Below, piece after piece: positions 1 to 8,748 of a stretch of 32,000 nucleotides of DNA (position 1 is its first letter; every line of letters starts with the position of its first letter). The translations under genes and the position numbers were made by a program. The stretch comes from Ktedonobacterales bacterium (GTDB lineage Bacteria; Chloroflexota; Ktedonobacteria; Ktedonobacterales; JADMIN01): contig CP126532.1 of assembly GCA_030167145.1 (NCBI GenBank), forward strand, positions 1,950,001-1,982,000. Direction: 5' to 3'. A model generated the notes under the pieces. That model did not search any database, was not told the DNA's origin, and saw only the letters and a list, made by a program, of their open reading frames with translations.

Positions 1-117
1 CCTCTTCCCATCCACTCGCGGCGACGGGTCACACTGGTGGCCGATACGAGTCACGAACTCAGACACCGATAGGCGCGCCTCGCTGCTTACAATATCCACC
101 CTCTCAATTATAGCCAT
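1..117 (-). CDS. possible N-terminal part of a small ORF running off the left edge (MAIIERVDIVSSEARLSVSEFVTRIGHQ...)
   Basis: The ATG at 115-117 (minus strand) opens a frame with no stop down to position 1. It lies 73 nt downstream of uvrC. There is no clear SD and no recognisable family. Confidence 0.2.
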   Translation of the reverse strand, partial: MAIIERVDIVSSEARLSVSEFVTRIGHQCDPSPRVDGKR

Positions 118-190
118 ACTTTTAATGGCATCTGTGGCAGGCGGGCGGGTGACAATACTGTGCCACTCCTGTGTCTGGCCAACTCTCTGG

Positions 191-2266
191 CTACTCCGTC
201 TTGATGAGGCCCGCGCCGATGTGCTCTTTGATGCGCTCGGCCAGGTCGGCGCTGATGCCCTCCACCTCTGCTAGCTCTGCCGTGCTCGCCGCCGCGATGC
301 CCCGCGCGGAGCCGAAGCGGCGAATCAGCGCCTTCTTGCGCTTCGGGCCGATGCCGGGGATTTCGTCCAGCAGCGAGCGGAACGTGCGCGTGCTGCGGAC
401 CTGCCGGTGATAGGTGATGGCGAAGCGGTGCGCCTCATCGCGTACCCGCTGCAAGAGATACAGCGCCTGCGACCCACGCGCCATCACCAGCGGCTCCACC
501 TGCTCCACCAGATAGATCTCCTCGTGGGTGCTGATGCTGCCGTGGTCCTCCTTGGCGATGCCGATCACCGGCACACCTACCGCCAGATCGCTCAGCACCG
601 CCAGCGCCGCGTTGAGTTGCGGACGCCCGCCATCCACCATCACCAGATTCGGCAGCAGCGCCCACGGATCGCCCACCGCGTCCGCGCTCGCCCCCTCCTC
701 GTTCGGCATCTCAGAGTCGTCTGGCGGCTGCAACCCATCGCCGCTATCTACGCTTTCCTCTACACCATCACCCTCCGGCTCCACTGCTTCCAGCGCAACG
801 GATTCCTGGGCATCGCCAGCGTCGCCGGTCGTCAGCAGCCGCTTGAAGCGCCGCCGCAGCACTTCTTGCAGGCTCGCCACATCGTTCTGCCCTTCCACCG
901 CCTTGATCTTGAAGCGCCGGTAATCGCTGGTCTTGGGCTTGCCGCCCTCGAAGACCACCATCGAGCCGACCGCGCTGGTGCCCTGGATGTTCGAGATGTC
1001 GTAGCATTCGATGCGCTGCGGCGGCGACGGCAGGTTCAGCGTCTCGCCCAGCTCTTCCAGCGCCATCGCCGTCTTCTGCGAATCCGAAAGCCACTTGATG
1101 CGCTGCTGCTCCAGCACCTCGCTGGCGTTCTGCGCCACCATCTCCACCAACCGCAGCTTGTCGCCCCGCTGCGGTAAGGTCAGCGTCACCACCGCTCCGC
1201 GCTTCTGCCGCAGCCACTGGCGCAGCGCCTCGCCGTTCTCCGGCTCGTGCTGCACGACCACCTCAGCCGGAATGTGCGGCGCGGAATCGTAGAACTGCTG
1301 CAAAAACGACGCCATAATCTCGCCCGGCTCGGTATCGCGCGTGCCCTGCAAGAGGAAGTATTCGCGCCCAGCCAGCTTGCCGCCCCGGAAGAAGAACACT
1401 TGCGCGCAGGTCTCGTCATCCGCGCCCGCCAGCGCCACCACGTCCTGATCGCCCGGCCCAGTGGTGTTGATGATCTTCTGCTTCTCCAGCACCTGCTCTA
1501 CGGCGCGCACGCGGTCGCGCAGCGCCGCCGCTCGCTCGAACTCCAGGTTCTCCGCCGCCTCGGCCATCTGCGCCTTCAGATCGGCCAGCGCCTCATCATG
1601 CTTGCCTTCTAGGAAGAGCATCACCTGGCGGATCACCGCGTCGTACTGCTCGCGGGTGGCGTTGCCCACGCACGGCGCGTTGCAGCGGTGGATGTAGTAC
1701 TGTGTGCAGGGGCGCGGCAGATACTTCTGCTTCCACTCCGCTGGTGGGTGCTCCTCCTGCCCGCGCGGCGGCGCCCAGGGCGAGCCATCATAGCGGCAGG
1801 TGCGATAGGGAAACAGTTTGTTCATCAGGTCCAGCGTCGCGTCCACGGCGCCTGAATTGGTGTAGGGTCCGAAGTAGCGGTTGCCGTCGCGCCGGAAGCT
1901 GCGTACGCGGTAGACACGCGGGAAATCTTCGGTGAGCGCGACTTTGATGTAGGGGTAGTTTTTGTCATCGCGCAGCCGCACATTGTATTTGGGCTGATAC
2001 TGCTTGATGTATTCGTTTTCGAGGATCAGCGCCTCGATCTCGCTGGCGACGACGATGAATTCGATGTCGGCGATCTTCGCCACCAGCGCGCGATTCTTCG
2101 GACTCAGTTCGCTGGGGTCCACGAAATACTGGCGCACGCGCTGGTGCAGCGAGGTCGCCTTGCCGACATAGAGCACGTGCCCATCCGCATCCTTGTGCAG
2201 ATAGATGCCCGGCTTGTGCGGCAGCGAGTTGAGCACCGCTTGCAGTTTTTCCGAGAGTTCGCGCAT
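191..2266 (-). CDS. uvrC: excinuclease ABC subunit C (UvrC)
   Basis: N-terminal GIY-YIG region (GIYLHKDADGHVLYVGKA...ENEYIKQYQPKYN), UvrBC-type central region, and C-terminal endonuclease plus HhH motifs (IPGIGPKRKKALIRRFGS). I chose the ATG at 2264-2266 (MRELSEKL...) over the longer track ORF start at 2401. Confidence 0.95.
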   Translation of the reverse strand: MRELSEKLQAVLNSLPHKPGIYLHKDADGHVLYVGKATSLHQRVRQYFVDPSELSPKNRALVAKIADIEFIVVASEIEALILENEYIKQYQPKYNVRLRDDKNYPYIKVALTEDFPRVYRVRSFRRDGNRYFGPYTNSGAVDATLDLMNKLFPYRTCRYDGSPWAPPRGQEEHPPAEWKQKYLPRPCTQYYIHRCNAPCVGNATREQYDAVIRQVMLFLEGKHDEALADLKAQMAEAAENLEFERAAALRDRVRAVEQVLEKQKIINTTGPGDQDVVALAGADDETCAQVFFFRGGKLAGREYFLLQGTRDTEPGEIMASFLQQFYDSAPHIPAEVVVQHEPENGEALRQWLRQKRGAVVTLTLPQRGDKLRLVEMVAQNASEVLEQQRIKWLSDSQKTAMALEELGETLNLPSPPQRIECYDISNIQGTSAVGSMVVFEGGKPKTSDYRRFKIKAVEGQNDVASLQEVLRRRFKRLLTTGDAGDAQESVALEAVEPEGDGVEESVDSGDGLQPPDDSEMPNEEGASADAVGDPWALLPNLVMVDGGRPQLNAALAVLSDLAVGVPVIGIAKEDHGSISTHEEIYLVEQVEPLVMARGSQALYLLQRVRDEAHRFAITYHRQVRSTRTFRSLLDEIPGIGPKRKKALIRRFGSARGIAAASTAELAEVEGISADLAERIKEHIGAGLIKTE

Positions 2267-2497
2267 CGTGTTTCCCACCACATCACGGTTGAGAGTGTGT
2301 CCGCAGAGGGCAGTCAGGCGTCTATATGGCAGAGTACGCGCCGCCGCCACGCCCGTCGCGCGACCGCGCCGCCGAAAGTGCATGATGATTGACCGGCACA
2401 CACCACCAGCGTATTATACGCTGAGATGTGTACGCGCGGCGCAGGCGACAAGCGACGCGCCTACCACCAAGACCATACCAGAGGGAGCACGCAGGGG

Positions 2498-3343
2498 ATG
2501 CCCAAGACAGCAAATAAGCGAGCCGATGCCCGCCGGGTGGCGCGGGTGCAGCAGGCCCACCAGATGGCCCCGGAGCCAGTCATTTCGCGGCGAATACCCG
2601 CTGCGGCGCACCAGAATGAGCCACGTGGACCACTGGCTGTCATTCGCGACTATCCCTGGGCTTCGACGCTCTTCGTCGCGCTGGTCATCGCCGTGATCCT
2701 GCTGGTGCTGCATGGCGAGCGGCTGGGACCGTGGGCGCCCGCCGCCGCGCAGCCCGCCGCTTCGTGCAACCTCAAAACACACGTCTGCAACCACGCGCCC
2801 AAGATGACGATTGACCTCAATAAGGTCTATACCGCCACCATCAAGACAGCGAAGGGCGACATCGTGATGGAACTGGATACAGCGAACGCCGCCAACAACG
2901 TTAACAACTTCGTGTGGCTGGCGGATCAGCACTTCTACGATGGACTGCCCTTCTGGCGGGTGGAGACGGTGAATCAGGTCAGCGCCGTGACAGGCGTGCC
3001 GTCCAGCATTGGCATCGTGCAGGGCGGCGCGGGCGGCAAGAATGGCGGTCCCGGCTACACCATCGCCAACGAGCCGCCTCCGGCTGGCTACGTGGAGGGG
3101 ACGGTGGCGATGGCCAATGGCTCGCAGTTCTTCATCTCCACGGTGGATAATACGCAGGCGATTGCCAACAGCCCTTACCCGGTCATCGGCAAGATCACCT
3201 CGGGCCTGGATGTCGCGAAGAGTCTGACAGTGGGTGATGTGATTCAGACGATCACCATCACCGTCAGCAACCCCACGCCGACACCCGCGCCGTCGCCGAC
3301 CAGCACGGCGCTGCCAACCGCCGTCCCCACCAACACACCGTAG
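2498..3343 (+). CDS. cyclophilin-type peptidyl-prolyl cis-trans isomerase with a basic N-terminus, one TM helix and a Pro/Thr-rich tail
   Basis: Cyclophilin core (GDIVMELD...NFVWLADQHFYDGLPFWRVE...GGPGYTIANE...GTVAMANGSQFFIS). TM segment ASTLFVALVIAVILLVL. ATG at 2498 preceded by GAGGGAG at 2481-2487. Confidence 0.9.
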   Translation: MPKTANKRADARRVARVQQAHQMAPEPVISRRIPAAAHQNEPRGPLAVIRDYPWASTLFVALVIAVILLVLHGERLGPWAPAAAQPAASCNLKTHVCNHAPKMTIDLNKVYTATIKTAKGDIVMELDTANAANNVNNFVWLADQHFYDGLPFWRVETVNQVSAVTGVPSSIGIVQGGAGGKNGGPGYTIANEPPPAGYVEGTVAMANGSQFFISTVDNTQAIANSPYPVIGKITSGLDVAKSLTVGDVIQTITITVSNPTPTPAPSPTSTALPTAVPTNTP

Positions 3344-3378
3344 GCAGCGGGACGGGGCGCAAGTCACGATAACACGCG

Positions 3379-3412
3379 AACGGGCGGGAGCTTCGGTTCC
3401 TGCCCGTTTTCT
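3379..3412 (+). terminator. rho-independent terminator after the PPIase gene
   Basis: 12-bp stem AACGGGCGGGAG / TTCCTGCCCGTT (two G-U pairs), loop CTTCGG, followed by TTCTC. Confidence 0.6.
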
Positions 3413-3484
3413 CATTGTGCGCCTATTAACCAAATGTGATAGTATGAAATGCGTCCGAGGGACACTATATGGGGAGAAATCGCA

Positions 3485-3709
3485 ATGGCAAAGATGCTGG
3501 AGCATCAGACGAACAACAAACGGAAGGCCACAAAGCATAGCGCCAGATTTGCCGCAAAGCGCGTGTCCATTCCTGCCCCCCGTCGTCTCCGCGCCACAAT
3601 AACTCCAGAGCAGTACCCCACTATGACCGCCTCTGGCCGGGCATTCCTTGCGCGTATGGCGGCGAACCCCGATATCCATGTCGTTATGCGTGACCTTGCT
3701 GACAAATAG
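3485..3709 (+). CDS. small basic protein, putative antitoxin partner of the downstream Doc toxin
   Basis: 74-aa ORF (MAKMLEHQTNNKRK...). GGGGAG SD lies 7 nt upstream of the ATG at 3485. It ends 19 nt before the doc start. I recognise no Phd-like sequence, so the role is inferred from position only. Confidence 0.5.
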   Translation: MAKMLEHQTNNKRKATKHSARFAAKRVSIPAPRRLRATITPEQYPTMTASGRAFLARMAANPDIHVVMRDLADK

Positions 3710-3728
3710 GTAAGGATTGCCTCGGATT

Positions 3729-4316
3729 ATGAACAGACGCCATTTGCTTCCGCATGTGGCGCCTTATCCTTTTCCTCCCAATGTTTCCGTTGAAGATGGC
3801 TATGGGATTGTCATTACAGACCTCTACGGAGATGTGCGCGGCTTCCATGAGTATGTTCTTGGACGCTATGGCGGCTCATCCGGCATCCGGTCCGAAGCAT
3901 TGCTCCGCTCGGCTATTGAACGACCGTTTTCCAGTCTTGGCGCTGATCTGGCTTATCCAACGGGTTTGGAACAGGCAGCAGCATTACTGCATTCGCTCGT
4001 CAATAATCATCCCTTTGTAGACGCGAATAAACGCACTGCATTTCTGGCATGTTTGTACTTCCTGGAACGATGTAGATACTGGCATGAAGACGTGTTTCTG
4101 AATCGTGCGGAAGCGTTTGCATTGGAGCGACTGGTTATTGACCTTGCACGAGAAAGCGAAGATCTTACTCATCGTAGACTTCAGACTCCTTATACCATAG
4201 AGGATATTGCGCGCCAGCTTGACCGCATACTACATGGATCGCGAAACCGCCGCCTGACACAGAGGCGGTTTCGCTCAGGGGTATTTCGTCGGTTGGGTAA
4301 TCTATTCGAACGCTAA
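3729..4316 (+). CDS. doc: Fic/Doc family toxin (death-on-curing type)
   Basis: Doc-type Fic motif HPFVDANKRTAF, preceded by RYGGSSGIRSEALLRSAIERP. AAGGA SD before the ATG at 3729 (the alternative TTG at 3717 is the track start). GC content is visibly lower than in the flanks. Confidence 0.85.
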   Translation: MNRRHLLPHVAPYPFPPNVSVEDGYGIVITDLYGDVRGFHEYVLGRYGGSSGIRSEALLRSAIERPFSSLGADLAYPTGLEQAAALLHSLVNNHPFVDANKRTAFLACLYFLERCRYWHEDVFLNRAEAFALERLVIDLARESEDLTHRRLQTPYTIEDIARQLDRILHGSRNRRLTQRRFRSGVFRRLGNLFER

Positions 4317-4454
4317 CATTTCACTGTTTCCACCGCGCCATGCGCTAGCGGTGATATGTGGTGGATGTGCCATAATGCGCGCAGATGACAAGCCAGAGTT
4401 CAGGCGCGCGCATGACTCTACGCGGGCGGCGTGCGCCAAGGGAGGGTCGCGCAC

Positions 4455-6104
4455 ATGCATGGTCTGATGCAAGAATACCCACTGACCATCCAGCACTTGT
4501 TTACTCGTGGCACACGGCTCTTTCCAAGGAAGGAAATCGTCACCCGCACGGACGACGGCTATCACCGCTACACCTACGCCGACTTCGCCGAGCGCGTGCA
4601 ACGGCTGGCGAACGCGCTCACCACGATGGGCATCCGGCCGGGCGACCGCGTGGCGACCTTTGGCTGGAACACCTACCGGCATCTCGAACTCTACTTCGCG
4701 ATCCCCTGCATGGGCGCGGTGCTGCACACGCTCAACATCCGCCTGTTCACCGAGCAGATCGAGTATGTCATCGCCGATGCCGAGGACCAGGTAATCTTCG
4801 TAGACGCTGACCTCGTGCCGCTGCTGGAGAAGCTCGCGGGGCGCATGCCCACAGTGCGCGCCTACGTCATCATGGGCAAGCCCGCCGCCGAGACGACACT
4901 CGCGCCCGCCTATGATTACGAAGACCTGCTCGCCTCAGCCTCCGCGCACTACGACTGGCCGATGGTGGACGAGAACAGCGCCGCCGCGATGTGCTACACC
5001 TCTGGCACCACCGGCAACCCCAAGGGCGTCGTCTACAGCCATCGCTCGGTCTACCTGCACTCCTTCGGGGTGTGCATGGCGGATAGCCTGGGGCTGAGCG
5101 AGCGCGATGTGGTGCTGCCCGTGGTGCCGATGTTCCATGCCAACGCCTGGGGTCTGGCGCATGCCGCGATCATGACTGGCTCGAAGCTGATGCTGCCGGG
5201 GCGCAACCTGGGTGGGGCGCAGTTGGTGGAGATGATCGAGCAGGAGCGCGTGACCGTGCCCGCGGGCGTGCCGAGCATCTGGATTGGGCTGCTGGCCTAT
5301 CTGGAACGACTCTCGGTCGAGAAGCCGATCATGCCTGATCTCTCGTCGGTCCGCGCGGTTCCGTGCGGCGGCTCGGCGATTCCACCGGCGCTGATGCGCG
5401 GCTTCGACCGCTTCGGCCTGCCGCTGCTGCACGCCTGGGGGATGACCGAAACGTCGCCGCTGGCGTCGGTCAGCCGGGTGAATAGCGGGGCGCTGGATGG
5501 GACATACGAAGAGAAGCTGGCGATTCGCTCGAAGCAGGGCCAGCCAGTGCCGGGTGTAGATTGCCGCGTGGTGAACCTCGACACGGGTGAGGAGGTTCCG
5601 CGCGATAGCACGAGCGTTGGCGAGATACAGGTGCGCGGCCCGTGGATTGCCCGCGCGTATTACCACGATGAGGGCAACACCGAGAAGTTCATGGACGGCT
5701 GGCTGCGTACCGGCGATGTGGCGACGGTGGACGCCGACGGCTATTTGCAGATCGTGGATCGCACCAAAGATTTGGTGAAGTCCGGCGGCGAGTGGATCTC
5801 GTCGGTGGAGCTTGAGAACTTGATTATGGCGTATCCGAAGGTGTTGGAAGCCGCCGTGATCGGCGTGCCACATGCGGTGCTGCAAGAGCGGCCCGTCGCC
5901 TATGTGGTGCCCAAGCCGGAGTACACGGACCAACTCACTGCCGATGAGATTCTGGAGTACCTGCGGCCGCAGGTGGCGAAGTGGTGGCTGCCAGATCAGG
6001 TGCTCTTCATTGACGCCATCCCGAAGACCAGCGTTGGCAAGTTCAGCAAGCGCGAGCTGCGCGACCGCTATGCCGTGGAGGGCGCTGCCACGGCAGCAGA
6101 CTGA
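4455..6104 (+). CDS. fadD: AMP-dependent synthetase, long-chain fatty-acid--CoA ligase family
   Basis: AMP-binding motif YTSGTTGNPKGVVYSH, GWLRTGD, and the C-terminal PKTSVGKFSKRELR lysine motif. GGGAGG SD before the ATG at 4455. Confidence 0.9.
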   Translation: MHGLMQEYPLTIQHLFTRGTRLFPRKEIVTRTDDGYHRYTYADFAERVQRLANALTTMGIRPGDRVATFGWNTYRHLELYFAIPCMGAVLHTLNIRLFTEQIEYVIADAEDQVIFVDADLVPLLEKLAGRMPTVRAYVIMGKPAAETTLAPAYDYEDLLASASAHYDWPMVDENSAAAMCYTSGTTGNPKGVVYSHRSVYLHSFGVCMADSLGLSERDVVLPVVPMFHANAWGLAHAAIMTGSKLMLPGRNLGGAQLVEMIEQERVTVPAGVPSIWIGLLAYLERLSVEKPIMPDLSSVRAVPCGGSAIPPALMRGFDRFGLPLLHAWGMTETSPLASVSRVNSGALDGTYEEKLAIRSKQGQPVPGVDCRVVNLDTGEEVPRDSTSVGEIQVRGPWIARAYYHDEGNTEKFMDGWLRTGDVATVDADGYLQIVDRTKDLVKSGGEWISSVELENLIMAYPKVLEAAVIGVPHAVLQERPVAYVVPKPEYTDQLTADEILEYLRPQVAKWWLPDQVLFIDAIPKTSVGKFSKRELRDRYAVEGAATAAD

Positions 6105-6109
6105 GCCTC

Positions 6110-6133
6110 TCGCTGGCATGTGAGGCGTATCAC
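6110..6133. repeat. left copy of a perfect 24-bp direct repeat flanking the higBA cassette
   Basis: TCGCTGGCATGTGAGGCGTATCAC is identical to 7059-7082. It starts 6 nt after the fadD stop codon. Confidence 0.9.
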
Positions 6134-6158
6134 CCTTATTCCTGCTTCATGAGCAGGA

Positions 6159-6195
6159 GCGGCACGTCCCGCAATAGCGACGACGTGCCGCTTTT
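6159..6195 (+). terminator. rho-independent terminator
   Basis: GCGGCACGTC ... GACGTGCCGC 10-bp stem followed by TTTT. It lies between the convergent fadD and higA genes. Confidence 0.7.
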
Positions 6196-6219
6196 CCATC
6201 GTCGGTAAGCATTGGCATT

Positions 6220-6630
6220 CTAGCCGATGAACACATCCGCTGGCACGCCAAAGTGCTCAGCCAATCGCGTGATGTGGGCGAGCGCCAGGCGGCGCTTGCC
6301 AGAGAGCACCTCCGATACAATGGACGGCGTACCCAGCAGCGACACAAGATCGGCCTGCGTCAGCCCGTTCTCTGCCATCAGGTAGCGCAGCGCCGCGACA
6401 CCGCTCACCGGCGGGATGGTCACGTGGGCGCTCTCATACGTCTCGATCAGATCGGTCAGCGCGCCCAGATACGCCTCTTCGGCGACGGAACGCTTAGACA
6501 TATCGAGCAGACTATCTGTCACGTTCAGCGCCTCGGCCAAATGAGCGTCGTCGCGGATGGAGACGAGCGGGAAGGCGCGCACGAGCGCGAGATACTCCTT
6601 TGCGGTCGTTTTGTCCAGGATCGCTGCCAT
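6220..6630 (-). CDS. higA: HigA-type antitoxin (XRE-family HTH)
   Basis: C-terminal HTH LTQADLVSLLGTPSIVSEVLSGKRRLALAHITRLAEHFGV. It lies 38 nt downstream of higB on the same strand, in the toxin-first order typical of HigBA. Confidence 0.85.
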   Translation of the reverse strand: MAAILDKTTAKEYLALVRAFPLVSIRDDAHLAEALNVTDSLLDMSKRSVAEEAYLGALTDLIETYESAHVTIPPVSGVAALRYLMAENGLTQADLVSLLGTPSIVSEVLSGKRRLALAHITRLAEHFGVPADVFIG

Positions 6631-6668
6631 CGCGCTACCCTCCGCTCTCTCGTTCCTATTCCGTCGCT

Positions 6669-6956
6669 TCAGGACTTCCAGGCGCCTTTGTCGTATTCGG
6701 CATGTGTGAGCAGATAGCGAATATAGATAATGCCCACATTGTAATGGATCTGTACGATCAGCCGATAATCATTGCCCTTGATGTTGAAGACAGTCTTGTC
6801 ACCAACTATGTCCGCGTGGCGAAAGGTTTGGCGCACCTCGCTAAGATTGTGCCAGGTGGCCTTGCGCGCAACGTTGTACCATGCCTTCACCTGTTCGACA
6901 CAGTCGCCGTGCGCGGCAGCCAATGCCATCAGGCGACTTTTCGCGATGATACGCAT
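6669..6956 (-). CDS. higB: HigB-type toxin (mRNA interferase family)
   Basis: 95-aa protein MRIIAKSRL...WYNVARKATWHNLSEVRQTFRHADIVGDKTVFNIKGNDYRLIVQIHYN...IYIRYLLTHAEYDK, which matches the HigB toxin pattern. GGGGAG SD. Confidence 0.85.
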   Translation of the reverse strand: MRIIAKSRLMALAAAHGDCVEQVKAWYNVARKATWHNLSEVRQTFRHADIVGDKTVFNIKGNDYRLIVQIHYNVGIIYIRYLLTHAEYDKGAWKS

Positions 6957-6984
6957 CCCACGCTCCCCTCACCTCAGCACAATA

Positions 6985-7010
6985 TTCGCATATTGCGAAC
7001 ATCTTGTCAA
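6985..7010 (-). promoter_or_regulatory. putative higBA promoter -35 with a palindromic operator
   Basis: TTGACA on the minus strand (7005-7010), followed by the perfect inverted repeat TTCGCA-TAT-TGCGAA (6985-6999), about 30 nt upstream of the higB start. This is a typical layout for an autoregulated TA operator. Confidence 0.5.
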
Positions 7011-7058
7011 TCAGTAGCGTGGCCGCAGAGCCGAAGTCGCTGAGGCAACCATCTGGTT

Positions 7059-7082
7059 TCGCTGGCATGTGAGGCGTATCAC
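7059..7082. repeat. right copy of the 24-bp direct repeat flanking higBA
   Basis: 24/24 identical to 6110-6133, spaced 949 bp apart. Confidence 0.9.
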
Positions 7083-7177
7083 ACCCATTCTCGCTTCTCG
7101 CTTCGTCAGTATACAGTAAGGGCTGCTACCTGCTATGCTGCCCTCAGCATGTGCAATGAGCGAGAAGAAGAGGATGG

Positions 7178-8539
7178 GTGTACAGGATGGATCACAGGCG
7201 ACGCGGCACGGCTCACCGTATCCCCGGCACATACTTTGCCAGCATCGCGCTGGCGTTGTTGGCGCTGCTGCTGGCGGCGTGTGGGGGCACGACGACGGGG
7301 ACTGGCGGCGGGCTGAATATCACCAAGGGCACGCCGATGACTACGCCGCGCAAGACGGCGACACCCGCGCCACCAACACCTGTGCCGCCGCCGTATACGT
7401 TCCCCTACTCGTGGCAGCCGGCGACCGTCGGCGCGGGGACGCTCGCCAACCTTGCTTTCGCGCCGTCTGATCCGCGCACGGGCTATCTTTGCACTGTCCA
7501 GTCGCCCGCTGGTGGTGGCGGACCGTTGCTCTATCGGACCAGTGACGGCGGCCAGAACTGGACCAGCCTGCCCTTGCCCAACACGTCCACAGCGGCCTAT
7601 CCGACATGCAGCCTGTTCATAGATCCGCTGAACGCCAGCGACGTGTTCTACGCTACGAGCGGGCTGTGGCGGAGCCAGAACGGCGGCGCGAGTTGGAGCG
7701 CACTGACGCAGCCAAGTGTGCAGGGGTATCCAAGTCTCACATTGATTTTGCTGACGGTGACGCAGGGCCGCATTGTCGTCGAGATGGGCATCAACGGCGA
7801 GGGACGGCTGCCCAATCCGCTGTTCGCCAGCGATGACGGCGGCAAGACTTGGAAGAACATCCCCCAAAATCTAAGCTCTAATGGGCAGAAATTGCTGAGC
7901 GGCGATCTGGTGGGAACGATGGGAGCGACGCTGGTGATCTACGCTATGGCTCCTAGCTCTGGCGGCAGTGGGAACTATGTGCCACCGGCTATGCCCGGCG
8001 GCAGTCAGCAGCCGTCAGGCGCATACTTCACGTCTACCGATGGCGGGGCTACCTGGAATCTGCTCAGTGTACCCGACCCCACGGCGACGATCCTCGCGTT
8101 CGCGCCGTCGGCGGATGGCACGACCTACAATATCTTGCTCACGGTGCTGCGCAGAATCCAGGGCGCGTCGGTGGCGGTACCGTACTTCTCGAAGGATGGA
8201 GGCCAGACGTGGCAGCAACTGCCGACGTTGCAAGGTATGGCGGGCGGCTTTCCTGATCCGGGGTCGCTGGGAAGGCTGGGAGCTGGAATCGCGCCCGATA
8301 GCTCGATTCTGGCCGACGCGCGGCATACCTATGCCGAAGAGGACAGCGACGCGGGCATCTTCCAGTTGAATCCCGCAGACGCGGCTCCGGCTTGGCGGGC
8401 GGTGGCGCTGTCGTCCATAGGCACATCCGGGGCTACTGGCTGGCAGATCACGCCCGGTCCATCGGGCACGCGCATGTGGACTATCGCTTTCGCGCAGGGG
8501 CAGTCTGGCGGGACGCTGGGCTATCTGGACCTGCCGTAG
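7178..8539 (+). CDS. BNR/Asp-box repeat lipoprotein (beta-propeller, Ycf48/sialidase-like)
   Basis: Lipobox LLALLLAACGG. Five Asp-box motifs (SDGGQNW, SQNGGASW, SDDGGKTW, STDGGATW, SKDGGQTW). The start is either GTG 7178 or ATG 7187. Confidence 0.8.
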   Translation: MYRMDHRRRGTAHRIPGTYFASIALALLALLLAACGGTTTGTGGGLNITKGTPMTTPRKTATPAPPTPVPPPYTFPYSWQPATVGAGTLANLAFAPSDPRTGYLCTVQSPAGGGGPLLYRTSDGGQNWTSLPLPNTSTAAYPTCSLFIDPLNASDVFYATSGLWRSQNGGASWSALTQPSVQGYPSLTLILLTVTQGRIVVEMGINGEGRLPNPLFASDDGGKTWKNIPQNLSSNGQKLLSGDLVGTMGATLVIYAMAPSSGGSGNYVPPAMPGGSQQPSGAYFTSTDGGATWNLLSVPDPTATILAFAPSADGTTYNILLTVLRRIQGASVAVPYFSKDGGQTWQQLPTLQGMAGGFPDPGSLGRLGAGIAPDSSILADARHTYAEEDSDAGIFQLNPADAAPAWRAVALSSIGTSGATGWQITPGPSGTRMWTIAFAQGQSGGTLGYLDLP

Positions 8540-8550
8540 GCAAGACCTCT

Positions 8551-8580
8551 CCCCCGGCCCCTCTCCTTGTTGGAGAGGGG
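8551..8580. repeat. hairpin repeat CCCCCGGCCCCTCTCC-TTGTT-GGAGAGGGG (REP-like, may also act as a terminator)
   Basis: 9-bp perfect stem directly after the BNR gene stop, with no T-tract. It is the same family as 11278-11307. Confidence 0.6.
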
Positions 8581-8748
8581 TGAATGTTAGCGGTGGCTGT
8601 GGTTGGGGGTGGGGTGCGATACTGAGCCACACGGCGGCATACGCGGCATACGCGACAGGGGCATGGCTCATGCGGAGACGCTGAGATGGATGGGGCAGGC
8701 TGTGGTGGCGAGTGGGCGCGATGAGGGACGAAGGACGAGGGAACGCAT

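Noticed and set aside
3344-4454. Direct repeats flanking the Doc cassette, analogous to those around higBA and the DinD island.
   Set aside because: Only 6-7 nt coincidences (for example GTGCGCC) are shared between the two flanks, which is not above chance.
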